From NCBI GenBank assembly GCA_016839815.1, contig JAEOTM010000099.1, positions 1 to 61,031 on the forward strand: a stretch of 61,031 nt of DNA, read 5' to 3'. The notes under the pieces are model-generated. The model was not told the DNA's origin. It searched no databases and was given only the letters and a program-made list of their open reading frames with translations. Shown here in pieces: positions 10,322 through 19,859 of this stretch. This stretch comes from Candidatus Hodarchaeota archaeon. GTDB taxonomy: Archaea; Asgardarchaeota; Heimdallarchaeia; Hodarchaeales; Hodarchaeaceae. How positions within the stretch are numbered: the stretch's first letter is position 1; each line of letters begins with the position of its first letter. The translations under genes were made by a program, and so were the position numbers.

Positions 10322-10918
10322 TTATTCTCTCTTCTTTTCTTGATTAACTAAGGATTTCCAATTTACAACCCAAGAATGCAATTTTTTCATAAGAATGGTT
10401 TCTGATGCAGTTAGATTCAGTTTCTGAGTATTTAATTCGTTACTATCAGATAGTTTTATGATTTTTGAAAGTCTTTCAGTTATCAGTTGTTTAAAACGAT
10501 CTTTTTGACGTTTTAACTCTATTTCATCATAATCTGAATCATTAACAGTTGACTTTAATACCTGTTCATTGAATAACGAATAGAAGTAAGGATGAAGTTG
10601 TTGTACTTCCCCTTGACGGATTTCTTTCCGAACAGCTGCCGTTAACTCTTGTAAAGAAAAAGGAAAATTATTCTTAAAGTCTTCAATAAGATCTTCTCTC
10701 CATAATAATTCAGCAATGAAGTATGGAATATCCATTCTACTGTTTTCAGTGGCGGAAGGAATTTTAATCCCTCCAAAATCAAAACCTGCAAACGGTTTAC
10801 TGAATTTCACTGAAATAGGAGTCTCTGTGAATTCAAATAGTATTCTTTTTAATTCTAGTTCTAGTTCCATTAGTTCTGAAGAATTCGTTTCAGGTTTATC
10901 TGGAATTGTGTTCTCCAC
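10322..10918 (-). CDS. gins23: GINS subunit (Gins23, Psf2/Psf3-like)
   Basis: Immediately upstream of mcm; B-domain DIPYFIAELL followed by helical A-domain LHPYFY...ERLSKIIK. Confidence 0.8.
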   Translation of the reverse strand: MENTIPDKPETNSSELMELELELKRILFEFTETPISVKFSKPFAGFDFGGIKIPSATENSRMDIPYFIAELLWREDLIEDFKNNFPFSLQELTAAVRKEIRQGEVQQLHPYFYSLFNEQVLKSTVNDSDYDEIELKRQKDRFKQLITERLSKIIKLSDSNELNTQKLNLTASETILMKKLHSWVVNWKSLVNQEKKRE

Positions 10919-11317
10919 CTAATTCTATTTTCAGAGGGCAGATTCTCCTTATCAACTAGGGAGGTGATTATTTGAATTATTGGAAATTTCCTGCACGAAA
11001 AATGCTTGTTCTTCATAGCTCAGAAAGATGACTCATTTCTATAGGAAATCCTCTCAGTTTTACAAACCCCTTTACAAACGAATTATTTGAGCGTTGAGTT
11101 AAAAGACCTTCCTTCCCGTATTACAAATAAATTACTTCCCTGATCTTAATTTAATGTAATAAAAATCTTGTACACGTATAAATTAATCCTTAGATTCTGT
11201 GAGACATCCTCCAGAACGAATTATATGAAGTAAGGTTCATTTAAACTCAAAGCGTTATGTTATATTAAGCTTAATATAATTAAACCGACTTAATATTCTT
11301 AAGGAAGTTCTCTTAAT
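10919..11317. other. Candidate replication origin (AT-rich intergenic with mini-ORB-like repeats)
   Basis: Lies between cdc6 and gins23; repeats TTACAAACGAAT (11072), TTACAAATAAAT (11121), CTCCAGAACGAAT (11209); 20-bp palindrome at 11260-11279. Confidence 0.4.
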
Positions 11318-12541
11318 CTATCTCTCACTTTTCAATCTTTTAGAAAGAAAGACTTCTATTCTCTCTATGAGGATCGCTGCTGGAACATCATGTATTGTGA
11401 GACGAGCACGGACACCTTTTCGACCTTTTACACCTTTTGTAACTTTACCCAAAATACCAATTGCTTCTAGAGTTGAAAGATAATTTCTAAAAGCAGCTTC
11501 TCCGTTGGGGGTGGAATTCCACTCTTCACATATAATCCGATAATTTTTAAAGGAATGTTCAATCGTAGTGGCTGTAATTCCCTTATGATGTAATCTCCGA
11601 GCTACACTAAGAGCCGCAAATAATTCGTGTGGATTAAGTTCTTCTAAGATATCAGCTCTCATTTCTGGATATACATCATTTTTCGCTCTACGAATAAGTT
11701 CAGGTGTTATTTCATCTATTCGCTTTTGATCAGCTGCCCTACCAGCTCGATAAAGTGTTTCTATACCGTGGCGCAAATTTTTTGTTTGATCGGAAATTTC
11801 AGCCACCATATCAATAATATCCTCTGATAATGCATAAGATTTGAAGGCGAGTTCGGCACGATAAGCAAGAATTCTTCGAGTTTCTTCATATGAATAAGGT
11901 TGGAAGTGAATTACATCGGAAATTCTTTGAGAAACCATTGATGAGAGAGCTACTTTCCACTCGGTTGGACGACTAATCATTATCAGCGATATTCGATGCT
12001 CCATACCAAACTCCTCGGATAAATGAACAAATCCCCGAATATCTTTTTGGTTTAAAACACTAACTTCATCCAGAATTAAAAGCAAATATGCTTGCTCTGA
12101 ATTCAGTCGTCTAATCAAGATATCTGTTGACTCTTCATCACTAAATCCACGACTCGCAACGCCAAATTGGTCACGAAGAATCGAGCGTAGAATTGAGGTT
12201 TTTGTACGAGTTGTCCAGCAATTCTTATAGTCAGTATACAACTTCAGATGATACTTTTCAGCAGCAGATTGTATTCGATCGACTGTATAACGGCTGGTAA
12301 CTGTCTTACCAATTCCAGCAGATCCAGTAATTGCCATATTTATTGAAAACCCAGAATATCCTCCTCTTTCAGAAGAAAAAAGTTCACGAAAATTCTGAGA
12401 GATCCTCCGAATATGATCTTCTCGAAAATTCAAGACCTCTGGAATATAAGATTGATTAAGAGTTCGTTCTCCACCTTCTTTAAAGACTGATGATGAGAAT
12501 AATGCCTCTTGGATAATATCAACTGATTTCTTATCATTCAT
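11318..12541 (-). CDS. cdc6: Orc1/Cdc6 replication initiator
   Basis: Walker A GSAGIGKT, Walker B LLILDEV, FQPYS, C-terminal winged helix. Confidence 0.93.
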   Translation of the reverse strand: MNDKKSVDIIQEALFSSSVFKEGGERTLNQSYIPEVLNFREDHIRRISQNFRELFSSERGGYSGFSINMAITGSAGIGKTVTSRYTVDRIQSAAEKYHLKLYTDYKNCWTTRTKTSILRSILRDQFGVASRGFSDEESTDILIRRLNSEQAYLLLILDEVSVLNQKDIRGFVHLSEEFGMEHRISLIMISRPTEWKVALSSMVSQRISDVIHFQPYSYEETRRILAYRAELAFKSYALSEDIIDMVAEISDQTKNLRHGIETLYRAGRAADQKRIDEITPELIRRAKNDVYPEMRADILEELNPHELFAALSVARRLHHKGITATTIEHSFKNYRIICEEWNSTPNGEAAFRNYLSTLEAIGILGKVTKGVKGRKGVRARLTIHDVPAAILIERIEVFLSKRLKSER

Positions 12542-12642
12542 CTGACTTGCTTCCTTTTCTTATTCAGAAATAATGTGCTGTTAATGGTTTACAGAGCATT
12601 ACTAGTATATAGAGATTATTGCAAATTTAGAGACATAAGTAT

Positions 12643-13824
12643 TCAAATTTTTTCTGAACACTTTCTCCATACCCCTGCTTCTTGTATTTCTTCTTTTAAT
12701 ACCTGAAGGTATTGGGAATTGGCTTCATTTATTAAAATATGACGTTCAATTTTCTGAGGATCAAGCTTATCATCATTTAATTTGGGACTGACGTCTAACT
12801 CATATACATTCTTACAATAATCGATCCAGTTTGTAGGAGAAAATTCAGGAAGAGAAACACCGCTTATTCCTGCTAATGTAGCCATCCACACGCGAGCTAC
12901 AGAGTCAGGATTATATCCTCCTCCTCCTAGTAATAACAATCGTCCATTCGCGGAACAATCACTACTTAATTCTGATATTCTTCTTCCAAGATAATTATAT
13001 AAATTGGTTGTTAAATTTAAATGTCCGAGTATATCTCCAAAGTGACCATCAGCTCCACATTGCCAGATAATAAACTCTGGGTCATACTCTTTCCATATGC
13101 AGGGAATTATTCCTTCGAAAAGTTCAATATAGAGGTCATCCCATGTTCCTGGGAATAAGGGGATATTTATTGTATATCCTAAACCATCCTCTCGTCCTAT
13201 CTCATCAGAAAGTCCTGTACCAGGAAAAAGAAATTGGGGTGATTCATGGATTGAAACGCCAAGGACATTTTTGCTAGAATAGAAGGCTCCTAATACTCCA
13301 TCTCCATGATGAACATCTGTATCGATATAGAGAATCCGTTCGATTCCATATTCCTCTTGAAGGTAATTTATTGCAATAACAGCATCATTATAATAACAAA
13401 AACCTGCTGCTTGTTCTTCAAAGGCATGATGTAGACCAGCCATTAGAGAAAACGCTTGATTAACCTCATTATTCATGATACGTTTTGTTCCCTCTAATGT
13501 ACCACCTACAATAAGACAAGAAGATTCATGCATTTCAGGGAATACAGGACAATCACCTGTTCCTAAACCATATCGGCCATAATAACCATCTCCTGCTTTA
13601 GAAAGGGATTTAACCATTTTTATGTAATTTTTAGAATGAAATCTTAAGAGATCGTCTTCTGACGCTTCTACTGGTGTAAACTCTGTAAATGAGGGATTAT
13701 TCAGAAAATCAAGATTTCTATAAAGCTGATACGGAATATCCAGTCTTCTTGTATTCATTGGATGTCCTTCCCCCAAATTATAATTAGTGAATTGGTCAGA
13801 CCAAATAATTCCAGTTTTTTTCAT
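12643..13824 (-). CDS. Histone deacetylase-family (AcuC/class I-like) deacetylase
   Basis: HPM, GLHHA, GFCYYND, DTDVHHGDG, GADGH, GGGGY. Confidence 0.93.
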   Translation of the reverse strand: MKKTGIIWSDQFTNYNLGEGHPMNTRRLDIPYQLYRNLDFLNNPSFTEFTPVEASEDDLLRFHSKNYIKMVKSLSKAGDGYYGRYGLGTGDCPVFPEMHESSCLIVGGTLEGTKRIMNNEVNQAFSLMAGLHHAFEEQAAGFCYYNDAVIAINYLQEEYGIERILYIDTDVHHGDGVLGAFYSSKNVLGVSIHESPQFLFPGTGLSDEIGREDGLGYTINIPLFPGTWDDLYIELFEGIIPCIWKEYDPEFIIWQCGADGHFGDILGHLNLTTNLYNYLGRRISELSSDCSANGRLLLLGGGGYNPDSVARVWMATLAGISGVSLPEFSPTNWIDYCKNVYELDVSPKLNDDKLDPQKIERHILINEANSQYLQVLKEEIQEAGVWRKCSEKI

Positions 13825-14017
13825 CTTTTCAGGTCCCTATCGCTCTAATCGGTAAATTTTTGGTGTTTAAAATGTTCAAACCTTCCCCATAAGTATCCTT
13901 CTAAATGATTCCTCTGAATCAAAAAATGCATAGGGGGATTTTGAAACGTTAATTATATAAGAGGACGTTCTATTTTCTTATTTGATAAACACACAGAATC
14001 GCAAAATATAAGGAGAA

Positions 14018-14605
14018 ATGTTTCACTTGATGAAAAAAAATGCGAAGATTAGTGTACTAGGGCTAGATCGTGCTGGAAAAACAACAATGCTACAAAGATT
14101 GAAAACAGGTAGGTGGATTCCTGATACTACCCCTACTATCGGAATGAATGCTGAAACGATTCAGATAGGTGATGTTACTTTTTCTGCCTGGGATCTAGGA
14201 GGTCAATTACAGTTTAGAAGAGCGTTATGGGAAATGTACACCAAAAATTCGAAGGGGCTAATTTATGTGATCGACTTAAGTGATCCTGCTCGTTTTCCAG
14301 AAAGTCGTAATTACCTTTGGCGAATGTTGAAAATGAATCATTTAAAGAACATCCCCTTAGCAATCTTTGCTAATAAAATTGACCTGGTCGATTGTACAGA
14401 AGAAGATTTAGCAAATTTTATGGGAATCAATAAAAAGATGAGTAGAGTTCTTTCAATATTCAAAACAAGTGCAGTAACTGGTGAGGGTATCCATAAAGGG
14501 ATTTATTGGTTAGCTGATGCAATTCAGGAAGGAAAACACTCTCCCATGGAACTTTACCAAATCAAGTCACTTTATGGAAGAGAATCATCCATACTAGCAA
14601 CATAA
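14018..14605 (+). CDS. Arf-family small GTPase
   Basis: GLDRAGKTT, TPTIG, WDLGGQ, RALW, NKID, TSAVTGEGI. Confidence 0.95.
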   Translation: MFHLMKKNAKISVLGLDRAGKTTMLQRLKTGRWIPDTTPTIGMNAETIQIGDVTFSAWDLGGQLQFRRALWEMYTKNSKGLIYVIDLSDPARFPESRNYLWRMLKMNHLKNIPLAIFANKIDLVDCTEEDLANFMGINKKMSRVLSIFKTSAVTGEGIHKGIYWLADAIQEGKHSPMELYQIKSLYGRESSILAT

Positions 14606-15319
14606 CTAGGCATCGAATGCTTGAGTTTCTATTGCAACTCTTGCCTCGCGAACCGCTCTTTCAATAAGTTCTTTTTCTTCTTGGTACATATGATTTGTAT
14701 CACAGAACAACCATTTTTCAGCTTGTTTTAAATAGGAAATATTCTTGAGAAGAGTTGCTTTTAACAACAATCTTACTCCTTGAAAGATGTGACTATTTAC
14801 TACATTAGCAGGAAGTTTTGTACCAAGTTCTTTCATTAGATGGGCTGCTTGAAAAGTATCTTCACTTAAAAACACACATAGAACAGCACATGAATATAAA
14901 CAGCTTGCATTTCCATAAAAATTTAATTCTAAATGTTTTTCTCCTGCAGTAAGATAAGCTTCTATTGCTGCTTTAAACTTCTTTATTGCTAGCTCTTCAA
15001 CATGCAAAACGATGGGATTTTTGGGGGGAGCTCCTTTCAATACCGAACCAAAACCGCTTTCTCGAATTTCTTTGAGGATATCGGAAGTTAAATCATCTTC
15101 AAGTGATAGGACCGATGTAAGATCGGAACCTTCAGATCCTGTTTCCTCAGGAAAAGGAGGACGGTCAATAATATCATCAGGAGATATAGGAGGAGGAGCG
15201 AGTATAGGATAATAAACAGATTGAGAATAAATTTTATCTTCAAGAGAGGGAGGAGTAGGTAAATCAGTAAGTGATTTCTTTTCAGATTTTCTTTTGGGTC
15301 GACGAAGGATGGGAGGCAT
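14606..15319 (-). CDS. Hypothetical protein: basic N-terminus, proline-rich region, WH2-like motif, TPR/SNAP-like helical C-domain
   Basis: PTPPS, APPPISP, RPPFP; DILKEIRESGFGSVLKG; AAIEAYLTAG...ASCLYSCAVLC; GAGGTG...GGAG SD-like upstream. Confidence 0.7.
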   Translation of the reverse strand: MPPILRRPKRKSEKKSLTDLPTPPSLEDKIYSQSVYYPILAPPPISPDDIIDRPPFPEETGSEGSDLTSVLSLEDDLTSDILKEIRESGFGSVLKGAPPKNPIVLHVEELAIKKFKAAIEAYLTAGEKHLELNFYGNASCLYSCAVLCVFLSEDTFQAAHLMKELGTKLPANVVNSHIFQGVRLLLKATLLKNISYLKQAEKWLFCDTNHMYQEEKELIERAVREARVAIETQAFDA

Positions 15320-15449
15320 AATCTAACTCCTGAGGTGAGTAGATTGGATGTACTGAGTAAGTACAGGCATACGAGTATAAAAAATCTACTAACCCGAATC
15401 TATTAAAATATGGATTAAGGTAATTTTTCTTCACTGAAGATGTGATTGT

Positions 15450-16022
15450 TTGGAAGCGGAACTAAAAATCCCAGTTGCAAATGTTTTTGTGAATGTCAAC
15501 CTAAGAGCGTATATCACAAAAATCCTTGGGTCTTCAAAGGAAGAAATTTTTCAAATCGATACTTATTTTCAGAGTCCAATCATTGATTTCTATCAAACGG
15601 ATGAAGCTTTCCGAATCAGACGAATCATTTCAAACGGTAAGGATGAAAAAATAGAAGTGACTTACAAGGGTCCAAAAAAAGGTAGAGAGATGAAAATTCG
15701 TGAAGAGATTACTACAGGGATACTTCATCATGCTGAGGCAACAAGGATTTTTCAACGATTGGGTTTCTCCATTGTAAGGGAAGTTTCGAAAAAACGGACT
15801 AACTGGAGGAAGCAATCAATCACCTTGTCCCTAGATGAGGTTGAAGGATTAGAAAACTACATCGAAATTGAGCTCATGGTCTCTGAGGATAAAACAGAAA
15901 TACAAAACAAGAAAGACAAGTTGGTGAATTTTACAAAAGAGATATTTCCAGAATGGGATGGAAAAGAGGAACGAAAATCATACTTAGAACTACTAATAAG
16001 AAAGGATTTGGATTTAGGATAG
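15450..16022 (+). CDS. cyaB: CYTH-domain protein (class IV adenylate cyclase CyaB-like)
   Basis: EAELK, DTYF, FRIR, TYKGPK, LDEVEGL, IEIE, SYLELL. Confidence 0.9.
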   Translation: MEAELKIPVANVFVNVNLRAYITKILGSSKEEIFQIDTYFQSPIIDFYQTDEAFRIRRIISNGKDEKIEVTYKGPKKGREMKIREEITTGILHHAEATRIFQRLGFSIVREVSKKRTNWRKQSITLSLDEVEGLENYIEIELMVSEDKTEIQNKKDKLVNFTKEIFPEWDGKEERKSYLELLIRKDLDLG

Positions 16023-16029
16023 GGACTCT

Positions 16030-16962
16030 ATGCATGAAAAATCGATTCCAAGAGAGTTCAGTGACCGATGGAGACGCTTTTATGGCGAAAAACCAACTAG
16101 AAATATCTTAGAAATCTTAGAGCATTCGGATCCGCGAATTATTGCTCCAAATCTCCTATATACGACAAAACCAGAACTAAAACAGAGTCTTGAAAAACAG
16201 GGATTTAGATTTAAATCCCAATCACAACTTGGTTGTCTAATTCTGGATTTTGAACCATTTAGCATAGTAGCGTCAAAAGAGTATTTATCAGGACAGTTTA
16301 CAATTCAATCACTCACATCAATTATTCCACCCAAGAGTTTGAATCCTTTATCTGATTCTTTAGTGGCAGATATGACCGCTTCTCCAGGAATTAAGACATG
16401 TTTACTTGCTAGTTCTATGAAAAATACAGGGACAATTTTTGCCATAGAAAAATCAAAAAAACGAATACCCGCACTAAAATCGAATCTTGCGCGAATGGGT
16501 GTTTATAACACAATCATCCTAAATGGAGATGCTAGATCTTTCCCTAAATTAGATATTAAAGTTGATCATGTCCTATTAGATGCTCCATGCTCTGGAACAG
16601 GACTTAAATTATCAAAGAATAAACGATTGGAACCGAGACTGATAAAAGATATCAAACGTCATTCTCAAGTTCAAAAGGAACTTCTAGATAAGGCTTGGAG
16701 TCAATTACGAGTTAATGGCACACTTGTATATTCAACATGTAGTCTAGAACCTGAAGAAGGGGAAGTTCAAATCAACGAATTTCTTACTAGGCATGATGGT
16801 GAGGTTCGAGTTCTTCCTATCAAAATTAATATTGGTGTTCCAGGTAGTAATACACAATGGGACACTGTTTATCATTCTCAGATAAGTAAAACCAAAAGAA
16901 TATTCCCCAGTCAAGGAATGGATGGATTTTTCGTCACTCTGATGGAGAAGGTGACCGCTTAG
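16030..16962 (+). CDS. NOP2/RsmB-family m5C RNA methyltransferase
   Basis: DMTASPGIKT, LLDAPCSGTG, VYSTCS, DGFF. Confidence 0.93.
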   Translation: MHEKSIPREFSDRWRRFYGEKPTRNILEILEHSDPRIIAPNLLYTTKPELKQSLEKQGFRFKSQSQLGCLILDFEPFSIVASKEYLSGQFTIQSLTSIIPPKSLNPLSDSLVADMTASPGIKTCLLASSMKNTGTIFAIEKSKKRIPALKSNLARMGVYNTIILNGDARSFPKLDIKVDHVLLDAPCSGTGLKLSKNKRLEPRLIKDIKRHSQVQKELLDKAWSQLRVNGTLVYSTCSLEPEEGEVQINEFLTRHDGEVRVLPIKINIGVPGSNTQWDTVYHSQISKTKRIFPSQGMDGFFVTLMEKVTA

Positions 16963-17507
16963 TGAGAATTTCTACACTTTCAGAAAAAGAAATCCGTGCT
17001 GTAACTAGAACAATCAATGAATTGATAAATGAAAATGAATTAAATTCAATTCAGAAGAAATATTCTCCTATTAAGATTCGAGATCAAAGAGAGGATGTAT
17101 ACCTTTTCAAAACCTCTGAAAAATCATGGTTAAATAAGATAATAGAAGGAGGGGGGACAAAGCTCTTTTCCATTCGGGCGTATAAGGTAAAATTAGGATT
17201 TCTAATCAATCAGGAATTTAAAATCGGAATTGAATCGCTCCGTTTTGTGGCTAGATATTGTCAAAATCCAATTATTCTCTCTTCTAGACAAGTAGAACGA
17301 TTTATATATGGTAAAGACGTAGATAAGAATCTAGAGAATTCAAAAAACTACTCAACAGTAGCTTCGGAAGGTTCATTAGTTTTAGTAACAGATAAAAAGG
17401 GAATTCCAATAGGTTATGCAAGATTATACCAAAAACAAGATCGAATTCACCTGAAAAACATAATTGATATTGGAATTTATCTTCGTTCTGAGAAAACAGC
17501 GTTCTAA
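16962..17507 (+). CDS. nip7: Nip7-like PUA-domain ribosome biogenesis protein
   Basis: FIYGKDV, GIPIGYA, DIGIYLRSE; adjacent to the NOP2 gene. Confidence 0.75.
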   Translation: MRISTLSEKEIRAVTRTINELINENELNSIQKKYSPIKIRDQREDVYLFKTSEKSWLNKIIEGGGTKLFSIRAYKVKLGFLINQEFKIGIESLRFVARYCQNPIILSSRQVERFIYGKDVDKNLENSKNYSTVASEGSLVLVTDKKGIPIGYARLYQKQDRIHLKNIIDIGIYLRSEKTAF

Positions 17508-17548
17508 GGGAAAAAAAGCTTATAAATGTGGATATTATTTTTGTAAAT

Positions 17549-17923
17549 TGAGCATCGAAGCAACAGCCTGACTTCGGATTTCTTAGTAAATCTGAGGAAA
17601 TTCCAGCCATTCATTCGTACCGAACAGGGATTTACTTTTTAAAAGTGAAATCTCAGTCAATCGAGAGGTTGGGCTCTGTTACAGAAACGACACGCCCTTA
17701 TTCAAATGGCGAGGATAGAGTAAGGTCTGTGGCAACACGTGACCATTCAAGCTCTTGAGGACGAATAAGGAATCGGTGAGACGAACATCCTCGGTGAATG
17801 CAAGCAGAATATTTGATCTTTTACAAGATCTAGGAGAGTTGCGCTTAGGTTGATGTCAGGAACCTAAATCGGGTGACTTATTTAGGTGAACAGAAGCTGG
17901 ATTACTCATTGGAGCGATGCTCA
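17549..17923 (+). ncRNA. rnpB: RNase P RNA
   Basis: P1 TGAGCATCG/CGATGCTCA; CR-I GAGGAAATTCCAGC (17594) pairs with CR-V AACAGAAGCTGGATTA (17889) to form P4; ACAGAAAC and TGCAAG conserved segments. Confidence 0.92.
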
Positions 17924-18020
17924 TTTTCTTCTCATATCTCACTTAAAGAAAACTCAAAATACTTTAGTATAGAACTAGAAAGCTGAACTGCTCGTAAAGT
18001 TCAGGGAGCTATCACAAACA

Positions 18021-19859
18021 ATGCGAATTGTAGTTCTTAATACTGATAAATGTAAACCGAAACGCTGTGTGAAAGAATGTCGGGGTTCATGCCCGGTAGT
18101 TCGTTCTGGAACAGAAATGTTTGAATTTCCCACAGATGTATCTCAGCCAATAATCCATGAACAGTTTTGTACAGGATGTGGGATCTGTGCCCGTACATGT
18201 CGTTTTCAGGCACTCACAATAATAAATACTCCAGAAAAACTCGACAAGGATCTAACACAGCGATTTGGAAGAAATGGATTCAGTTTGTTTCGATTACCCA
18301 TAATTAAACCTAATAAAGTGAACGGATTCGTTGGCCAAAACGGGATTGGAAAATCAACTGCATTAAAAATACTCTCTGGAGATGTAATTCCAAATTTTGG
18401 TCAGCATGACAAAGAATCCTCATGGGAGACAGTAAAAGAATTTTATAAGGGTACAGAATTACAAAATTTCTTCCAGAAAATGATAGATCAAGAAATAAAA
18501 TGCATCAGAAAGCCACAAACAATTGAAAACATTCCAAAGCAAGTAAAAGGTTCCGTAAAAGAAGTTTTAAGTCGATTTGATGAAAGAAACGCACTAAATG
18601 ATCTGAAAGAAGATCTAGCATTGGACAAAATTTGGAATAGAAAAATTGCTGTTCTCTCGGGAGGAGAATTGCAAAAAGTTGCCATAGCGGTAGCTATAAC
18701 ACGAGAAGCTGATATCTATCTTTTCGATGAACCTTCGTCCTTCTTAGATATCAATGAACGTTTACGTACAGGTAGAGTTATCCGTAGTCTGATTAATGAC
18801 AAGAAAACTGTGATTGTCGTTGAACATGATTTGGCCGTACTGGATTACCTTTCCGATTATGTTACAATGTTTTATGGAAGTCCTGCGTCCTATGGAATCT
18901 GTTCACTTCCGTATTCCGAAAAAGAAGGAATTAACGTCTTCTTAGATGGATTTATTCCTTCAGAAAATATGCGATTTCGAAATTATTCCATAAAAATCAA
19001 AAAATCTTCAGAACGAACTGCAAAACTAGATTCGGATAAACTTCTAACATATGAGGATCTCTCAAAGAATTTTGATGAGAGTAAATTCTCTCTTGATATT
19101 AGAGGAGGGGCAATTCACCAAAATGAAATTATTGGAATCCTTGGCCCAAATGGCATTGGAAAAACCACTTTCATAAGAATGCTTGCTGGGTTGGAAACAC
19201 CAACATCTGGTATGGTAGAGAATCAGAAATTAGTAGGGGGTAAAGATTCAGAGGAAAACGATGATATCGAAGAATCTGTTTTACGAATCGCCTATAAGCC
19301 TCAATATATTTCTTTAGACTCGGATTTATCTGTGGAAGCTTACTTACTTCAGAAAGGAGGGTCGATTGTGGCTACTCCTCAATTCAAAAGCGAAAATATT
19401 AAAGCTTTTGGATTGGAAGGACTACTTGATCAACAAGTCCGCCATTTAAGTGGGGGAGAAAAGCAAAAAGTAGCAATAGTAGAGACTTTAGCTCAGACTG
19501 CAGATTTATACCTGTTTGATGAACCTTCGGCATTTCTATCAATTGAAGATAGGTTAAATGCGGCAAAATTGATACGGAGGATAATTCAATCGCGTCATGC
19601 GGCTGCTTTTATAGTGGAACATGATATTGTAACTCAAGATTATGTTTCTGATCGAAATATTGTATTTCTTGGAATACCGGGTGAATATGGAAGAGCTTAT
19701 GCTCCCTCGGCTGTAAGAACAGGGATGAATCGATTTTTAGGGAACTTAAAAATCACTTTCAGAAGAGATCCGAAGACAGGACGCCCAAGAGTAAATAAAT
19801 ATGATTCAAAACTCGACCGTGAACAGAAGAACCAAGGCGAGTATTATTATGAGAAGTGA
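18021..19859 (+). CDS. abce1: Ribosome recycling ATPase ABCE1/Rli1
   Basis: N-terminal 2x4Fe-4S cysteines, two ABC domains (GQNGIGKS, GPNGIGKT, LSGGE), TFRRD...RPRVNK. Confidence 0.97.
   Translation: MRIVVLNTDKCKPKRCVKECRGSCPVVRSGTEMFEFPTDVSQPIIHEQFCTGCGICARTCRFQALTIINTPEKLDKDLTQRFGRNGFSLFRLPIIKPNKVNGFVGQNGIGKSTALKILSGDVIPNFGQHDKESSWETVKEFYKGTELQNFFQKMIDQEIKCIRKPQTIENIPKQVKGSVKEVLSRFDERNALNDLKEDLALDKIWNRKIAVLSGGELQKVAIAVAITREADIYLFDEPSSFLDINERLRTGRVIRSLINDKKTVIVVEHDLAVLDYLSDYVTMFYGSPASYGICSLPYSEKEGINVFLDGFIPSENMRFRNYSIKIKKSSERTAKLDSDKLLTYEDLSKNFDESKFSLDIRGGAIHQNEIIGILGPNGIGKTTFIRMLAGLETPTSGMVENQKLVGGKDSEENDDIEESVLRIAYKPQYISLDSDLSVEAYLLQKGGSIVATPQFKSENIKAFGLEGLLDQQVRHLSGGEKQKVAIVETLAQTADLYLFDEPSAFLSIEDRLNAAKLIRRIIQSRHAAAFIVEHDIVTQDYVSDRNIVFLGIPGEYGRAYAPSAVRTGMNRFLGNLKITFRRDPKTGRPRVNKYDSKLDREQKNQGEYYYEK

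Noticed and set aside
17302-17610. 102-aa minus-strand ORF
   Set aside because: Overlaps nip7 and the RNase P RNA in antisense
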